Positions 28,015-41,265 of a stretch of DNA of 64,000 bases are shown one piece after another. The stretch is taken from positions 67,890,001-67,954,000 of the forward strand of contig OZ024747.1 in the NCBI GenBank assembly GCA_964016885.1, read 5' to 3'. This DNA comes from Eledone cirrhosa. Taxonomy: Eukaryota. Within the stretch, counting starts at the first letter, position 1. Every line of letters begins with the position of its first letter. The notes under the pieces are model-generated. The model was not told the origin of the DNA. It made no database searches and saw only the letters and a list, made by a program, of their open reading frames with translations. Both the position numbers and the translations under genes were made by a program.

Positions 28015-28545
28015 CATGATGGCTGCAAACTCTGCTAAGAATACTGCAATCGCTTATCAGATTATAGAGTTTGGTGTACTTTTAGGCTATGACCAGCGAC
28101 AAGAACCTGCAACATATCTTGAACAAGCAATACCTGTGCTTTGAAGGTTTTTTAAGTGGGGAAAGGCCTTGCACTCAACCAATCCCACTCTCTGAGCATC
28201 GAAAACACTACCCGAAAAGGAGGACTGGTCAACATCATCGGATGCTTCCGAAGCCGCAGTTTTTTTCCAGTGTTTCCCTCTCCTAGAAAGGTGTGGTGAC
28301 AACAACTGGGGGCCTTTCAACCCAGGTGAAAATATAAAAGTACTATTTGGATGGCCGTTGACTCTGCTGAGTTATTCCGCCCTTTTCCGGGTCTTGTATT
28401 TTATCCCGCAGGGCGTCCAAATATCACCCTCCTCACCAAGGAAGCTTGGTGGGGTTGCCGGTTTAGTCACCGACGACCCGACCATGAGACAGGTTGTACT
28501 GCGTTACATGTTACCAGTAGCACTCGAGAGCGACCTGACATAGAA
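28015..28545 (-). mobile_element. Older RTE-derived non-autonomous element related to S1/S2
   Basis: 28350-28525 aligns with 21940-22113. Similar 3' end (GCAGCCATCATG) and (CATA)n tail. Confidence 0.72.
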
Positions 28546-29493
28546 AGATACAACAACACCACCAAAACCAACACCTCCACAGACAACAACAATCAGTAAT
28601 AGCAACCAATAACAAAAACAATAACAACGAGTGCAACAACAATAACGACAACAACCGTAGCAACGTGTACAAAACCAGATTATGATATAAATTGAAATGA
28701 CGAAGGAAAATGCTGTGTGGTATAAGAAATATTGTCATCTCAGCATCATAAATGTATGTATACACGTATGTATGTATGTATGTATGTATGTATGTATGTA
28801 TGTGTGTATGTGTGTGTGTATGTGTGTATGTGTGTATGTATTATGTATGTATGTATGTATGTATGTATGTATGTATGTATGTATGTATGTATGTGTGTAT
28901 GTATGTGTGTATGTATGTATGTATGTATGTATGTATTTATGTATGTATATGCATTTGTGTGTGTTTTTATATATCTATATATAAATACGTACATAGAATC
29001 ATACATATTCACACAGGCATATATTTAACTTCTATCAATTGAATGTCTGTGTGAATATATGTATGAATATGAATATGTATATGAATATGTATGCATTTAT
29101 GTGTATATGTGTATATGTGTACATACGTGATATTTAAATAGTTAGCTCACAAGCCATATTTATTTAGTGGAACTTTCTTAATTAAATTATGAATGTGTGT
29201 GAGAGAGAGGTGAGATAGAAAGAGAGAGAAGAGGTGTGTGTATGTATGTCACACCGTCTTCTCCACATCCTCTCTTACAATCACCCCCACCTCTCCTCCT
29301 CCTCTACCCGTCTCCATCTTTCATTTCTAAGCTGTGTTTTAATACATAAAGGATTAAGGTATGTCCAGACACCTATGTCTATACACACACATGTACACAC
29401 ACACACACACACACATACACACGCACATACACACGAACATACACACACACATCGACACACATTACCCACATTCATACGCTATGCACAGTCAGC

Positions 29494-29544
<51 letters not shown>

Positions 29545-29574
29545 TGTAAATATGCATACACACACACAAACACG

Positions 29575-29628
<54 letters not shown>

Positions 29629-29687
29629 GATGACATGAATGTTTGTCTGTCTATCTACCTATCTACCTACCTATCTATCGTGCTCTA

Positions 29688-30279
29688 ACTGCTGTCAAGG
29701 GTGGGACCAATCCGGTTGACCACCGAGTCTATTGTAATGATCAAGCCGCCTCCCCCCTTCAAAGATGAAGCAGAGGCGGTGTTTCTGTGCGTAATAGCCA
29801 TGGCGAAAGAGGTTGTATGGTGGACGCGTCTGAAAGGACTGAGGTCGGGCACCTTTCTCTCTGGCCAACAACTGGTCCGTTTCTTCCGATATCATTTCGG
29901 AAGAAGGATCAGGATGGAGAGAGAGGTGCTGCACCCCAGCCGTTTCTATGAAAGATGGGTGAAAGTGGCGAGAATGGCCCGTGTGAATGGGCCTTCACTC
30001 TACATCAGACTATAGGTGAGGAAGATGAAAGACCAAGGGAGCACCCCTTCTCTGTGCTCCTGAGGAGAAGGGTTGCACACTTTTTTCGGGGGTGTGTGCG
30101 ACCCCCCAAGGCGCCTCCTCTCTATTGAGGATTTTGTTAAAAATTTTATTTTTTGTTATATCTTATTTTATTTTTATATTTTGTTATTGCCTCCTCCTTA
30201 TTGAGGACGCCTTTTTGTGTAAACTCCCCCCTTTGTACTTGTCCCACTTTTGATGCCCTAGTGGCAAATAAAAGAAATA
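29688..30279 (+). mobile_element. Tx1/L1-clade LINE, short 5'-truncated copy with a 16-bp target-site duplication
   Basis: Last ~108 codons of ORF2 plus 3' UTR ending AATAAAAGAA. TATCTATCGTGCTCTA occurs at 29672-29687 and 30280-30295. Confidence 0.92.
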
Positions 30280-30286
30280 TATCTAT

Positions 30287-32935
30287 CGTGCTCTAGGGAA
30301 CGAGGGGGCCAAAGCTGTTAGCTGGGCCCGCGTGACAGAGGCCAACAGTGGAACTAAATCCACCATCCGGTCTTTGCGAGACCTGGATGGACGGGCGATT
30401 CTTGAGCCTAAGCAGATGTGTGAGGCCTTTCAAAGGCACTTTGCCCGACTGTTCGGGAGGGGCGGGGAGCCGGTTGGAAACGTGGACTTCGGTCCATACC
30501 TCGACGGCCTGCCGCGCCTCTCGGACAGGGAGGCGAAGTCTTGCGAGGAGCCGATTTCGGCCGCTGAGATAGAGGACGTGCTGGGCCAATGCGGCAAACG
30601 CAAATCCCCGGGTCTCGATGGTCTTCCTTACGAATTATATCTAGCTATGCCGGACTTGTTCCCCGATCTCCTCGAGGCGGTCTACTGCAACTGGCAACAG
30701 AACGGGAGAATTCCCTGTACTGTGACCAAGGGCGTAGTCACGCTAGTGAGGAAGGACGAGAACAAGGGGGACGAAATAAGTTACTTCAGGCCCATAACTC
30801 TACTAAATACAGAGTTACAGATTTTGGCCAAGGTGCTAGCAAAGAGGTTGGCGCTTGTCGTGGGCAACCTGGTGGGAGATGCGCAGACATGCGCTATCCC
30901 GTCCAGGTCCATCCATGACAACCTCCACCTCATGCGATACATCATAGAGAGGGTTGGGAACGAACCCGGCTTTGGTGGGGCTCTGATCAACTTGGATCAA
31001 TCTAAGGCGTTCGATAGGGTCGACCATGGTTACCTGGATGCGGTGCTAGCGGCGGCAGGCTTCGGACCCGTTTTCAGGGGCTGGATCACTGCTATGCACA
31101 GCAGCCGCATCTGCTCTAGGGTCAAGGTGAACGGCTACCTCTCGGAGCCGTTCAAAATCGCGCGGTCCATCCGACAAGGGTGCCCTCTCTCCTCCCTTCT
31201 GTATGTGTTGACTCTCGAGCCACTACTGCGGAAGTTGGAGTTGTTGCAGGGCATCCCTTTGGAACCGGGATTGCGGAAAGCGGTGTCAGCCTACGCCGAT
31301 GATGTGACAGTAATGGTGTCGACGGCCTCCGAAATCGAGGCGGTCGGCACCTTACTGGAGGAGTACGAAAAGTTCACAGGGGCTAAGCTGAACCGGGACA
31401 AGTCGATCGGTTTGCAACTCGGCACGTGGAGGGGCAGACCGATGCCCTCCGATGGCGTCGTCGGACGCTGGACGGAGGGCCCGGTGAAGTTGCTCAGGGT
31501 CTGGTTCGGACCGGACCTCCAGGTGGAGAAAAACTGGGCGGAGGTTACGAACAGGGTGTTTGCACTGACCCAGAAGTGGGCCAGTTGCAAACTATCCCTG
31601 AAAGGTCGGGCGGAGGTGGCGAACACTTATATAGCGTCCGTCATCTACTACCGCCTGACCGTAGTGCCCTGCCCAAGGGAAACCCTCACCAAGATGGAGC
31701 GCGCGCTCTTCCAATTCCTTTGGAAGGGGCGGGCTCCTATGGTGAGGAGATCCATCTGCTGTCAACACCCTTCGAAAGGAGGGCTGGGGATGCCGTGGCT
31801 AATGATGCGTAAACACGCATTAAGGCTACGGCACCTCTACGTATTCCTCACCGGACAACCGGTGTGGGCCTCGTTTGTGAGACGAACCTTTCCCAGACTC
31901 GTCTCACTCACCGAGCTGCAATCCTGGGTCAAGCAAAGACCGAGAAAACTGGGCGCCTGGCACACTGAGTGTGCCCAGGCGCTCACCGCCCTCTGGCAGG
32001 CGGATCCGGTTATCAGTGGAGACTCCACCGCAACATTCTATAGAGGGCTGGTACGCAGCAGGTGCGACGACGCCCTCGGAGAAGCCCTAGACATGGAGGA
32101 GGACGAACTGGCCAGCCTGTTCGGTAGGACATTCAGCCCGGGACCTATGGACAACTTCCAGAAGTCCCTGGCCTGGCAGTGCTACCGAGGGGCTTTACCC
32201 GTTCGAGAAAGGCTCTACAGACACGGGCGCCCGGGTAGGGACCCCGCCAAAAAGATCTGTCCCAGATGCGTGTGCGACGAGGAAACCGTTGCACACGCAT
32301 TGGTACACTGCTCGGGCGTAGCCGATCTGTGGGGCTATGTCGAACAACTGCTGTCAAGGGTGGGACCGATCCGGTTGACCACCGAGTCTATTGTAATGAT
32401 CAAGCCGCCTCCCCCCTTCAAAGATGAAGCAGAGGCGGAGTTTCTGTGCGTAATAGCCATGGCGAAAGAGGTTGTATGGTGGACGCGTCTGAAAGGACTG
32501 AGGTCAGGCACCTTTCTCTCTGGCCAACAACTGGTCCGTTTCTTCCGATATCATTTCGGAAGAAGGATCAGGATGGAGAGAGAGGTGCTGCACCCCAGTC
32601 GTTTTTATGAAAGGTGGATGAAAGTGGCGAGAATGGCCCGTGTGAATGGGCCTTCTCTTTACATAAGCCTGTAGGTGGAAAAGAGGAAGGAACGAGGGAG
32701 CACCCCCTCTCTGTGCTCCTGAGGAAAAGGGTTGCACACTTTTTTCGGGGGTGTGTGCGACCCCCCAAGGCGCCTCCTCTCTATTGAGGATTTTGTTAAA
32801 AATTTTATTTTTGTTATATCTTATTTTATTTTTATATTTTGTTATTGCCTCCTCCTTATTGAGGACGCCTTTTTGTGTAAATTCCCCCCTTTGTACTTGT
32901 CCCACTTTTGATGCCCTAGTGGCAAATAAAAGAAA
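30287..32935 (+). mobile_element. Tx1/L1-clade LINE, 5'-truncated copy (RT and C-terminal zinc finger, open frame to 32674)
   Basis: KSPGLDG, FRPITLLN, LDQSKAFDRV, IRQGCPLS, YADD and CPRC...H...C. The 3' UTR ends at the (CCTA)n array. Confidence 0.95.
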
Positions 32936-35163
32936 CTTACCTATACCTACCTACCTACCTACCTACCTACCTACCTACCTATACCTACCTACCTACCTAC
33001 CTACCTACCTACCTACCTACCTACCTACCCACATACCTACCTACCTACCCACCTACCTACCCACCTACCTACCTACCTACCTACCCACATACCTACCTAC
33101 CTACCCACCTACCTACCTACCTACCTACCTACCTACCTACCTACCTACCAACCTGCCTACCTACCTACCTACCTACCTACCTACCTACCTACCTACCTAC
33201 CTACCCACCTACCTACCTACCTACCTACCTACCTACCCACCTACCTACCTACCTACCTACCTACCTACCTACCTACCTACCTGCCTACCTACCTACCTAC
33301 CTACCTACCTACCTACCTACCTACATACCTACCCACCTACCTACCTACCTACCCACCTACCTACCCACCTACCTACCTACCTACCTACCCACCTACCTAC
33401 CTACCTACCCACCTACCTACCTACCTACCTACCTACCTACCTGCCTACCTACCTACCCACCTACCTACCTACCTACCTACCTACCTACCTACCTACCTGC
33501 CTACCTACCTACCTACCTACCTACCTACCTACCTACCCACCTACCTACCCACCTACCTACCTACCTACCCACCTACCTACCTACCTACCCACCTACCTAC
33601 CTACCTACCTACCTACCTACCTACCTACCCACCTACCTACCCACCTACCTACCTACCTACCCACCTACCTACCTACCTACCTACCCACCTACCTACCTAC
33701 CTACCTACCTACCTGCCTACCTACCCACCTACCTACCCACCTACCTACCTACCTACCTACCTACCCACCTACCTACCTACCTACCCACCTACCTACCTAC
33801 CTACCTACCTACCTACCCACCTACCTACCTACCTACCTACCTACCCACCTACCTACCTACCTACCTACCTACCTACCTACCTACCCACCTACCTACCTAC
33901 CTACCCACCTACCTACCTACCTACCTACCCACCTACCTACCTACCTACCCACCTACCTACCTACCTACCTACCCACCTACCTACCTACCTACCCACCTAC
34001 CTACCTACCTACCTACCTACCTACCTACCTACCTACCTACCTACCTACCTACCTACCTACCTACCTGCCTGCCTGCCTACCTACCTACCCACCTACATAC
34101 CTACCTACCTACCTACCTACCTACCCACCTACCCACCTACCTACCTACCTACCTACCTACCTACCTACCTACCCACCTACCTACCCACCTACCTACCTAC
34201 ATACCTACCCACCTACCTACCCACCTACCTACCTACCTACCTACCTACCCACCTACCTACCTACCTACCTACCCACCTACCTACCTACCTACCTACCCAC
34301 CTACCTACCTACCTACCCACCTACCTACCTACCTACCTACCTAACTACCTACCTACCTAGCTACCTACCTTCCTACCTACCTACCCACCTACCTACCCAC
34401 CTACCTACCCACCTACCTACCTACCTACCTACCTACCTACCTACCTAGCTACCTACCTTCCTACCTACCTACCCACCTACCTACCCACCTACCTACCCAC
34501 CTACCTACCCACCTACCTACCCACCTACCTACCCACCTACCTGCCTACCTACCTACCTACCTACCTACCTAGCTACCTACCTTCCTACCTACCTACCCAC
34601 CTACCTACCCACCTACCTACCCACCTACCTACCTACCTACCCACCTACCTACCCACCTACCTACCTACATACCTACCTACCTACCTACCTACCTAGCTAC
34701 CTACCTTCCTACCTACCTACCTACCTACCTACCTACCCACCTACCCACCTACCTACCCACCTACCTACCCACCTACCTACCCACCTACCTACCTACCCAC
34801 CTACCTACCTACCCACCTACCTACCTACCTACCTACCTACCTCCCTAGCTACCTACCTACCTACCTACCTACCTACCTACCTACCTACCTACCCACCTAC
34901 CTACCTACCTACCTACCTACCTACCTACATACCTACCCACCTACCTACCTACCTACCCACCTACCTACCCACCTACCTACCTACCTACCTACCCACCTAC
35001 CTACCTACCTACCCACCTACCTACCTACCTACCTACCTACCTACCTGCCTACCTACCTACCCACCTACCTACCTACCTACCTACCTACCTTCCCACCTAC
35101 CTACCCACCTACCTACCTACCTACCTACCTACCTACCTACCTAGCTACCTACCTTCCTACCTA
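32936..35163. repeat. 2.2-kb (CCTA)n tetranucleotide array with CCCA/CCTG variants
   Basis: Seen directly in the sequence. Confidence 0.98.
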
Positions 35164-38100
35164 GAGGAGGCGCCTTGGGGGGTCGCACACACCCCCGAAA
35201 AAAGTGTGCAACCCTTCTCCTCAGGAGCACAGAGAAGGGGTGCTCCCTTGGTCTTTCATCTTCCTCACCTATAGTCTGATGTAGAGTGAAGGCCCATTCA
35301 CACGGGCCATTCTCGCCACTTTCACCCATCTTTCATAGAAACGGCTGGGGTGCAGCACCTCTCTCTCCATCCTGATCCTTCTTCCGAAATGATATCGGAA
35401 GAAACGGACCAGTTGTTGGCCAGAGAGAAAGGTGCCCGACCTCAGTCCTTTCAGACGCGTCCACCATACAACCTCTTTCGCCATGGCTATTACGCACAGA
35501 AACACCGCCTCTGCTTCATCTTTGAAGGGGGGAGGCGGCTTGATCATTACAATAGACTCGGTGGTCAACCGGATCGGTCCCACCCTTGACAGCAGTTGTT
35601 CGACATGGCCCCACAGATCGGCTACGCCCGAGCAGTGTACTAATGCGTGTGCAACGGTTTCCTCGTCGCACACGCATCTGGGACAGATCTTTTTGGCGGG
35701 GTCCCTACCCGGGCGCCCGTGTCTGTAGAGCCTTTCTCGAACGGGTAAAGCCCCTCGGTAGCACTGCCAGGCCAGGGACTTCTTGAAGTTGTCCATAGGT
35801 CCCGGGCTGAATGTCCTACCGAACAGGCTGGCCAGTTCGTCCTCCTCCATGTCTAGGGCTTCTCCGAGGGCGTCGTCGCACCTGCTGCGTACCAGCCCTC
35901 TATAGAATGTTGCGGTGGAGTCTCCACTGATAACCGGATCCGCCTGCCAGAGGGCGGTGAGCGCCTGGGCACACTCAGTGTGCCAGGCGCCCAGTTTTCT
36001 CGGTCTTTGCTTGACCCAGGATTGCAGCTCGGTGAGTGAGACGAGTCTGGGAAAGGTTCGTCTCACAAACGAGGCCCACACCGGTTGTCCGGTGAGGAAT
36101 ACGTAGAGGTGCCGTAGCCTTAATGCGTGTTTACGCATCATTAGCCACGGCATCCCCAGCCCTCCTTTCGAAGGGTGTTGACAGCAGATGGATCTCCTCA
36201 CCATAGGAGCCCGCCTCTTCCAAAGGAATTGGAAGAGCGCGCGCTCCATCTTGGTGAGGGTTTCCCTTGGGCAGGGCACTACGGTCAGGCGGTAGTAGAT
36301 GACGGACGCTATGTAGGTGTTCGCCACCTCCGCCCGACCTTTCAGGGATAGTTTGCAACTGGCCCACTTCTGGGTCAGTGCAAACACCCTGTTCGTAACC
36401 TCCGCCCAGTTTTTCTCCACCTGGAGGTCCGGTCCGAACCAGACCCCGAGCAACTTCACCGGGCCCTCCGTCCAGCGTCCGACGACGCTATCGGAGGGCA
36501 TCGGTCTGCCCCTCCACGTGCCGAGTTGCAAACCGATCGACTTGTCCCGGTTCAGCTTAGCCCCTGTGAACTTTTCGTACTCCTCCAGTAAGGTGCCGAC
36601 CGCCTCGATTTCGGAGGCCGTCGACACCATTACTGTCACGTCATCGGCGTAGGCCGACACCGCTTTCCGCAATCCCGGTTCCAAAGGGATGCCCTGCAAC
36701 AACTCCAACTTCCGCAGTAGTGGCTCGAGAGTCAACACATACAGAAGGGAGGAGAGAGGGCACCCTTGTCGGATGGACCGCGCGATTTTGAACGGCTCCG
36801 AGAGGTAGCCGTTCACCTTGACCCTAGAGCAGATGCGGCTGCTGTGCATAGCAGTGATCCAGCCCCTGAAAACGGGTCCGAAGCCTGCCGCCGCTAGCAC
36901 CGCATCCAGGTAACCATGGTCGACCCTATCGAACGCCTTAGATTGATCCAAGTTGATCAGAGCCCCACCAAAGCCGGGTTCGTTCCCAACCCTCTCTATG
37001 ATGTATCGCATGAGGTGGAGGTTGTCATGGATGGACCTGGACGGGATAGCGCATGTCTGCGCATCTCCCACCAGGTTGCCCACGACAAGCGCCAACCTCT
37101 TTGCTAGCACCTTGGCCAAAATCTGTAACTCTGTATTTAGTAGAGTTATGGGCCTGAAGTTACTTATTTCGTCCCCCTTGTTCTCGTCCTTCCTCACTAG
37201 CGTGACTACGCCCTTGGTCACAGTACAGGGAATTCTCCCGTTCTGTTGCCAGTTGCAGTAGACCGCCTCGAGGAGATCGGGGAACAAGTCCGGCATAGCT
37301 AGATATAATTCGTAAGGAAGACCATCGAGACCCGGGGATTTGCGTTTGCCGCATTGGCTCAGCACGTCCTCTATCTCAGCGGCCGAAATCGGCTCCTCGC
37401 AGGACTTCGCCTCCCTGTCCGAGAGGCGCGGCAGGCCGTCGAGGTATGGACCGAAGTCCACGTTCCCAACCGGCTCCCCGCCCCTCCCGAACAGTCGGGC
37501 AAAGTGCCTTTGAAAGGCCTCACACATCTGCTTAGGCTCAAGAATCGCCCGTCCATCCAGGTCTCGCAAAGACCGGATGGTGGATTTAGTTCCACTGTTG
37601 GCCTCTGTCACGCGGGCCCAGCTAACAGCTTTGGTCCCCTCGTTCCCTAGAGCACGTATTTTACTTCGGACAACGCAGCCTTCGTGCTTCGCGTCGAAAA
37701 ACTGGCTCAAAGCCGTTCTCGACGCTAGCACTCTGGCCACGTCGCCGCTTCTAATTGCCTCTTCTACTCTATCTATTAGCTCCCTTTCCTTCCTATTCCT
37801 ATCCGCAGCTAGAACCTTACTAAATTCTATCGAGACTACTCTAATCTCTCTCTTTAGAGATACCCACCACCTGCTGTTGACGATCGCTCCAGTCAACCGT
37901 TCCTTAACTAACGTACTAATCCGATTCCTGTAGGCTCTACTTGCCGGCAAGGACAAGTTGAGCTTCCAGTAACCGGGGCCCTGTCTATGAGTTCTGTCAA
38001 GGTTGACCATGCAGGTCACTAATTTGTGGTCTGAATAGCCAACCATGCGCATTTTTGGACAACTTAAAAAGTCCTTATCCTTAATTCTAACTAAGAACCT

Positions 38101-39053
38101 ATCTAGGTACGACCTAGATGATCCGCTACGATTTGCCCAAGTCCAGGTTGGCGCAGTCGGAAAATCTAGTCGATATCTATCGGCCAGGTCAAATCGACCG
38201 ATTAACCCTTTGAGGCTATTACACCCCTCTCTATCGGGGCAGGCCCCTACGTAGTCCCAGCGTGCATCTAGGATACCATTCCAGTCCCCCACTAATAGCA
38301 AGGAGCGGGACGTCCCTAGAAAAGTCTCCAGACGATGGAAGAAGTCCGGCCGCATTGACCCGAAAGGGCCGTAGGCGGCTACCAACCTAAACGCTCCGCC
38401 TTTACCACTGCCAAGGTCCAGAACCACTAGTCGACCCTCCGGGTCCAAATGTACCATCTGTGTTGCGAGACCCAGATGTTTTTGCAGCAGAACGACAACT
38501 CCACCCCCACCCACGGGCTGACAGAGAGATGCGTGCATCTCAAAGTCATCAAAGGTGGGGGCCAGCTGTCGCACGTTGCTGATCCGGGCCTCGCAAATAA
38601 CCATCACATCTATACGTTGTGACCTGAGGTCATTTAGAAGCATTGCTTGCTTCCAAGTTGAGCCCAGGCCACGCGCATTTAAACAGCCTACTCTTAGCAT
38701 AGCCATGTGGGTGGTGAAGAGAAAAGGCACTTACCTCTCTGCGTCCCGGGTATCGGGCTGCACAATTTCCATTAGGGTGGGGGGTGGGTTGTTGGGGGGG
38801 GGTTGTGGAAGTGTGGGGGCATCAGTGTGTTGTGTGGTTGGGGAGCTTGGAGTTGTGAGGGTGTTTGGGGAGGGGGTGGGATAGTTTTTTAGGAGGACGC
38901 GGTTAATGGGCCCGACGCAGGGGGGACCCACGTCCTCTTTAAAATTGTTTTTTAAAGTTTTATAGGTGTCCTGTGGGGCCTTAATCATTTTGAGGTGGGG
39001 GAAATCCCCTGCCTGGGTGAAGTTAGGCCCTTGTGTTTTTATTAGATTGTTGT
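35164..39053 (-). mobile_element. Tx1/L1-clade LINE: ORF1 C-terminal remnant, complete ORF2, 3' UTR lacking its last ~160 bp
   Basis: A Pro-rich frame ending at 38731 precedes ORF2. Near-identical to the two plus-strand copies. Confidence 0.93.
35269..38706 (-). CDS. Intact LINE ORF2 (APE endonuclease, reverse transcriptase, zinc finger), ~1145 aa
   Basis: ATG at 38706 (MAMLRVGCLNARGL). VGDWNG, SYLDRF, SDHK, YADD and CPRC motifs are present with no stops. Confidence 0.93.
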   Translation of the reverse strand: MAMLRVGCLNARGLGSTWKQAMLLNDLRSQRIDVMVICEARISNVRQLAPTFDDFEMHASLCQPVGGGGVVVLLQKHLGLATQMVHLDPEGRLVVLDLGSGKGGAFRLVAAYGPFGSMRPDFFHRLETFLGTSRSLLLVGDWNGILDARWDYVGACPDREGCNSLKGLIGRFDLADRYRLDFPTAPTWTWANRSGSSRSYLDRFLVRIKDKDFLSCPKMRMVGYSDHKLVTCMVNLDRTHRQGPGYWKLNLSLPASRAYRNRISTLVKERLTGAIVNSRWWVSLKREIRVVSIEFSKVLAADRNRKERELIDRVEEAIRSGDVARVLASRTALSQFFDAKHEGCVVRSKIRALGNEGTKAVSWARVTEANSGTKSTIRSLRDLDGRAILEPKQMCEAFQRHFARLFGRGGEPVGNVDFGPYLDGLPRLSDREAKSCEEPISAAEIEDVLSQCGKRKSPGLDGLPYELYLAMPDLFPDLLEAVYCNWQQNGRIPCTVTKGVVTLVRKDENKGDEISNFRPITLLNTELQILAKVLAKRLALVVGNLVGDAQTCAIPSRSIHDNLHLMRYIIERVGNEPGFGGALINLDQSKAFDRVDHGYLDAVLAAAGFGPVFRGWITAMHSSRICSRVKVNGYLSEPFKIARSIRQGCPLSSLLYVLTLEPLLRKLELLQGIPLEPGLRKAVSAYADDVTVMVSTASEIEAVGTLLEEYEKFTGAKLNRDKSIGLQLGTWRGRPMPSDSVVGRWTEGPVKLLGVWFGPDLQVEKNWAEVTNRVFALTQKWASCKLSLKGRAEVANTYIASVIYYRLTVVPCPRETLTKMERALFQFLWKRRAPMVRRSICCQHPSKGGLGMPWLMMRKHALRLRHLYVFLTGQPVWASFVRRTFPRLVSLTELQSWVKQRPRKLGAWHTECAQALTALWQADPVISGDSTATFYRGLVRSRCDDALGEALDMEEDELASLFGRTFSPGPMDNFKKSLAWQCYRGALPVRERLYRHGRPGRDPAKKICPRCVCDEETVAHALVHCSGVADLWGHVEQLLSRVGPIRLTTESIVMIKPPPPFKDEAEAVFLCVIAMAKEVVWWTRLKGLRSGTFLSGQQLVRFFRYHFGRRIRMEREVLHPSRFYERWVKVARMARVNGPSLYIRL

Positions 39054-39089
<36 letters not shown>

Positions 39090-39100
39090 CATATATATAC

Positions 39101-39133
<33 letters not shown>

Positions 39134-39187
39134 CTACATATATATATATACATATATATATATACATATATATACATATATATATAC

Positions 39188-39236
39188 GCTTCCTGAAGAT
39201 TTTATCTGAATGAAACAGTACTGGTCCTGTAGAAGC
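39188..39236 (+). ncRNA. Type I hammerhead ribozyme motif
   Basis: GCTTC-CTGAAGA-TTTTATCTGAAT-GAAA-CAG(TACTGGTC)CTG-TA^GAAGC. Helix II is weak. Confidence 0.75.
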
Positions 39237-39325
39237 TCCTTCTATAAAATAAAAAAATTTTACTCTGCCATGTATTGAGTACCTTACTTACTGTGGTTAT
39301 CCCCGACTCAACCCGGGACCTACGT
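39188..39325 (+). repeat. PLE-type pLTR fragment (family D) starting exactly at a hammerhead helix I
   Basis: Related to 52340-52471 and 61132-61258. Flanked by (TA)n. Confidence 0.75.
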
Positions 39326-39337
39326 ATATATATATAC

Positions 39338-39403
<66 letters not shown>

Positions 39404-39439
39404 CATATATATATACATATATATATATACACTACATAT

Positions 39440-39476
<37 letters not shown>

Positions 39477-39492
39477 AATATCTATATATAAA

Positions 39493-40036
39493 TATAAAAT
39501 ATTAAACAAATAATGAACAAACAATTCCTTATATTAAACAAAAAAAGTTCACTATTTAACGATCGTTTCTAGGGTATATATGTGTTATAATTGGTATGCA
39601 TATTCAACAGATCTATGTACAAAATTATACAAAATTATACAAATTATCAAGATTAAATATACATACCTAACACATATATACGCCGTCTTCAGAAATAATA
39701 ATTTCTGAAGACGGCGTATATATGTGTTAGGTATGTATATTTAATCTTGATAATTTGTATAATTTTGTATAATTTTGTACATAGATCTGTTGAATATACA
39801 TACCAATTATAACACATATATACCCTAGAAACGATCGTTAAATAGTGAACTTTTTTTGTTTAATATAAGGAATTGTTTGTTCATTATTTGTTTAATATTT
39901 TATCTTGACTCTGTATACCGTTTATCTTTCACCGAAAGTGGATTTTCATTACATCTCTTCTTTCCATGATATCCGGAATACATTGAGTTCTTCATACGGA
40001 TTGGACACTACCGTAAACTCTTGGTAGATTTATCTA
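39493..40036. repeat. Asymmetric palindrome of family A pLTR arms
   Basis: Short arm 39493-39696 (-), long arm 39701-40036 (+), axis TCAGAAAT-AATA-ATTTCTGA. Confidence 0.92.
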
Positions 40037-40119
40037 CATATATATAAATATATATAGATATGTGTGTGTGTGTATATATATACATATATATAAATATATA
40101 TACATATATATAAATATAT

Positions 40120-40172
<53 letters not shown>

Positions 40173-40179
40173 TATACAC

Positions 40180-40257
<78 letters not shown>

Positions 40258-41119
40258 GTGTGTGTGTGTGAATACACATGTGGCTGCATCATTAATTGAA
40301 GTTATTCCGATGTAGATGTCCCTGACCTGACTAGAAACAATGGACGATGCTAGACACTAAAGTTCCTTAGAAAGATCTGCTGAAGTCAACTGATTTTTTA
40401 ACATATGTGTGTGTCTGTATATGTCTATTCGAATATCTGTATGAGTGTATGTATGTGTTTTTTTTTTGTCTGTACATATTGTGTATGTTTATGTGTCTAT
40501 ATAGTAAAGTGCTTGTGTACATGCGTTTACACATATATAAGTATGTGTAAGTGTATGTGTATATACATATATGTACATGTGTATGTCTCTCTCTCTCTAT
40601 ATATATATATGTATGTAAGTGTGTGAGCGTTTCTACACGTATGTGCTTATGTGTGAGTGTATGCTTGTGACTATACATATGTGTGTATATATTCGTGAGT
40701 GTATCTATAAATATATGTGTATGCGTGTTTATAAGTATATATGTGTATATATGTATGTTAGAGTATATGTGGGCATATTTGAGGGGGTGTTATTATATAC
40801 ATGTTTATTTATATCTGCATGTGTATGTGGTTATTTAGATGTGTGAGTGTGAATTTGGTTAGTTGGCGTTGAAATGGTGTGGATTAACATAGCATGTGAT
40901 TACGTGTGATTGCTTCTGTTTGTGCGTGTTTGTATGTCTGTGTTTGTTTTTGTGTGTTTATGAGAGTGATTATCTTTGCATATATTTTCTCTTCCTTGTT
41001 GGAACTTAAGAGTTTATTAAGACCAACCAAATGCTCAGTCGTAAGTTTATAAAGGAACTTTTGTAAAATAAAAAATAAACAATGACAAAATTTATTTTTG
41101 TCTTCCTTTGTGCAGCTAT

Positions 41120-41265
41120 TCACCCTTTAAATTTTAAGAAGGTCTTACATATTTTCTATTGTTCCAATTGCCCCAGATGTCGTGATCTCCTGAAGTATAT
41201 GAATTATGGAGTTATTTTTCTTTCTCCAAGAATCCGAGGTCAGCAATACTTTGATCCAGGCAGGT
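41120..41265 (-). mobile_element. Degraded Dong/R4 C-terminal relic
   Basis: Minus strand reads ...CLDQSIADLGFLEK... and KICKTFLKFKG*. Confidence 0.65.
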
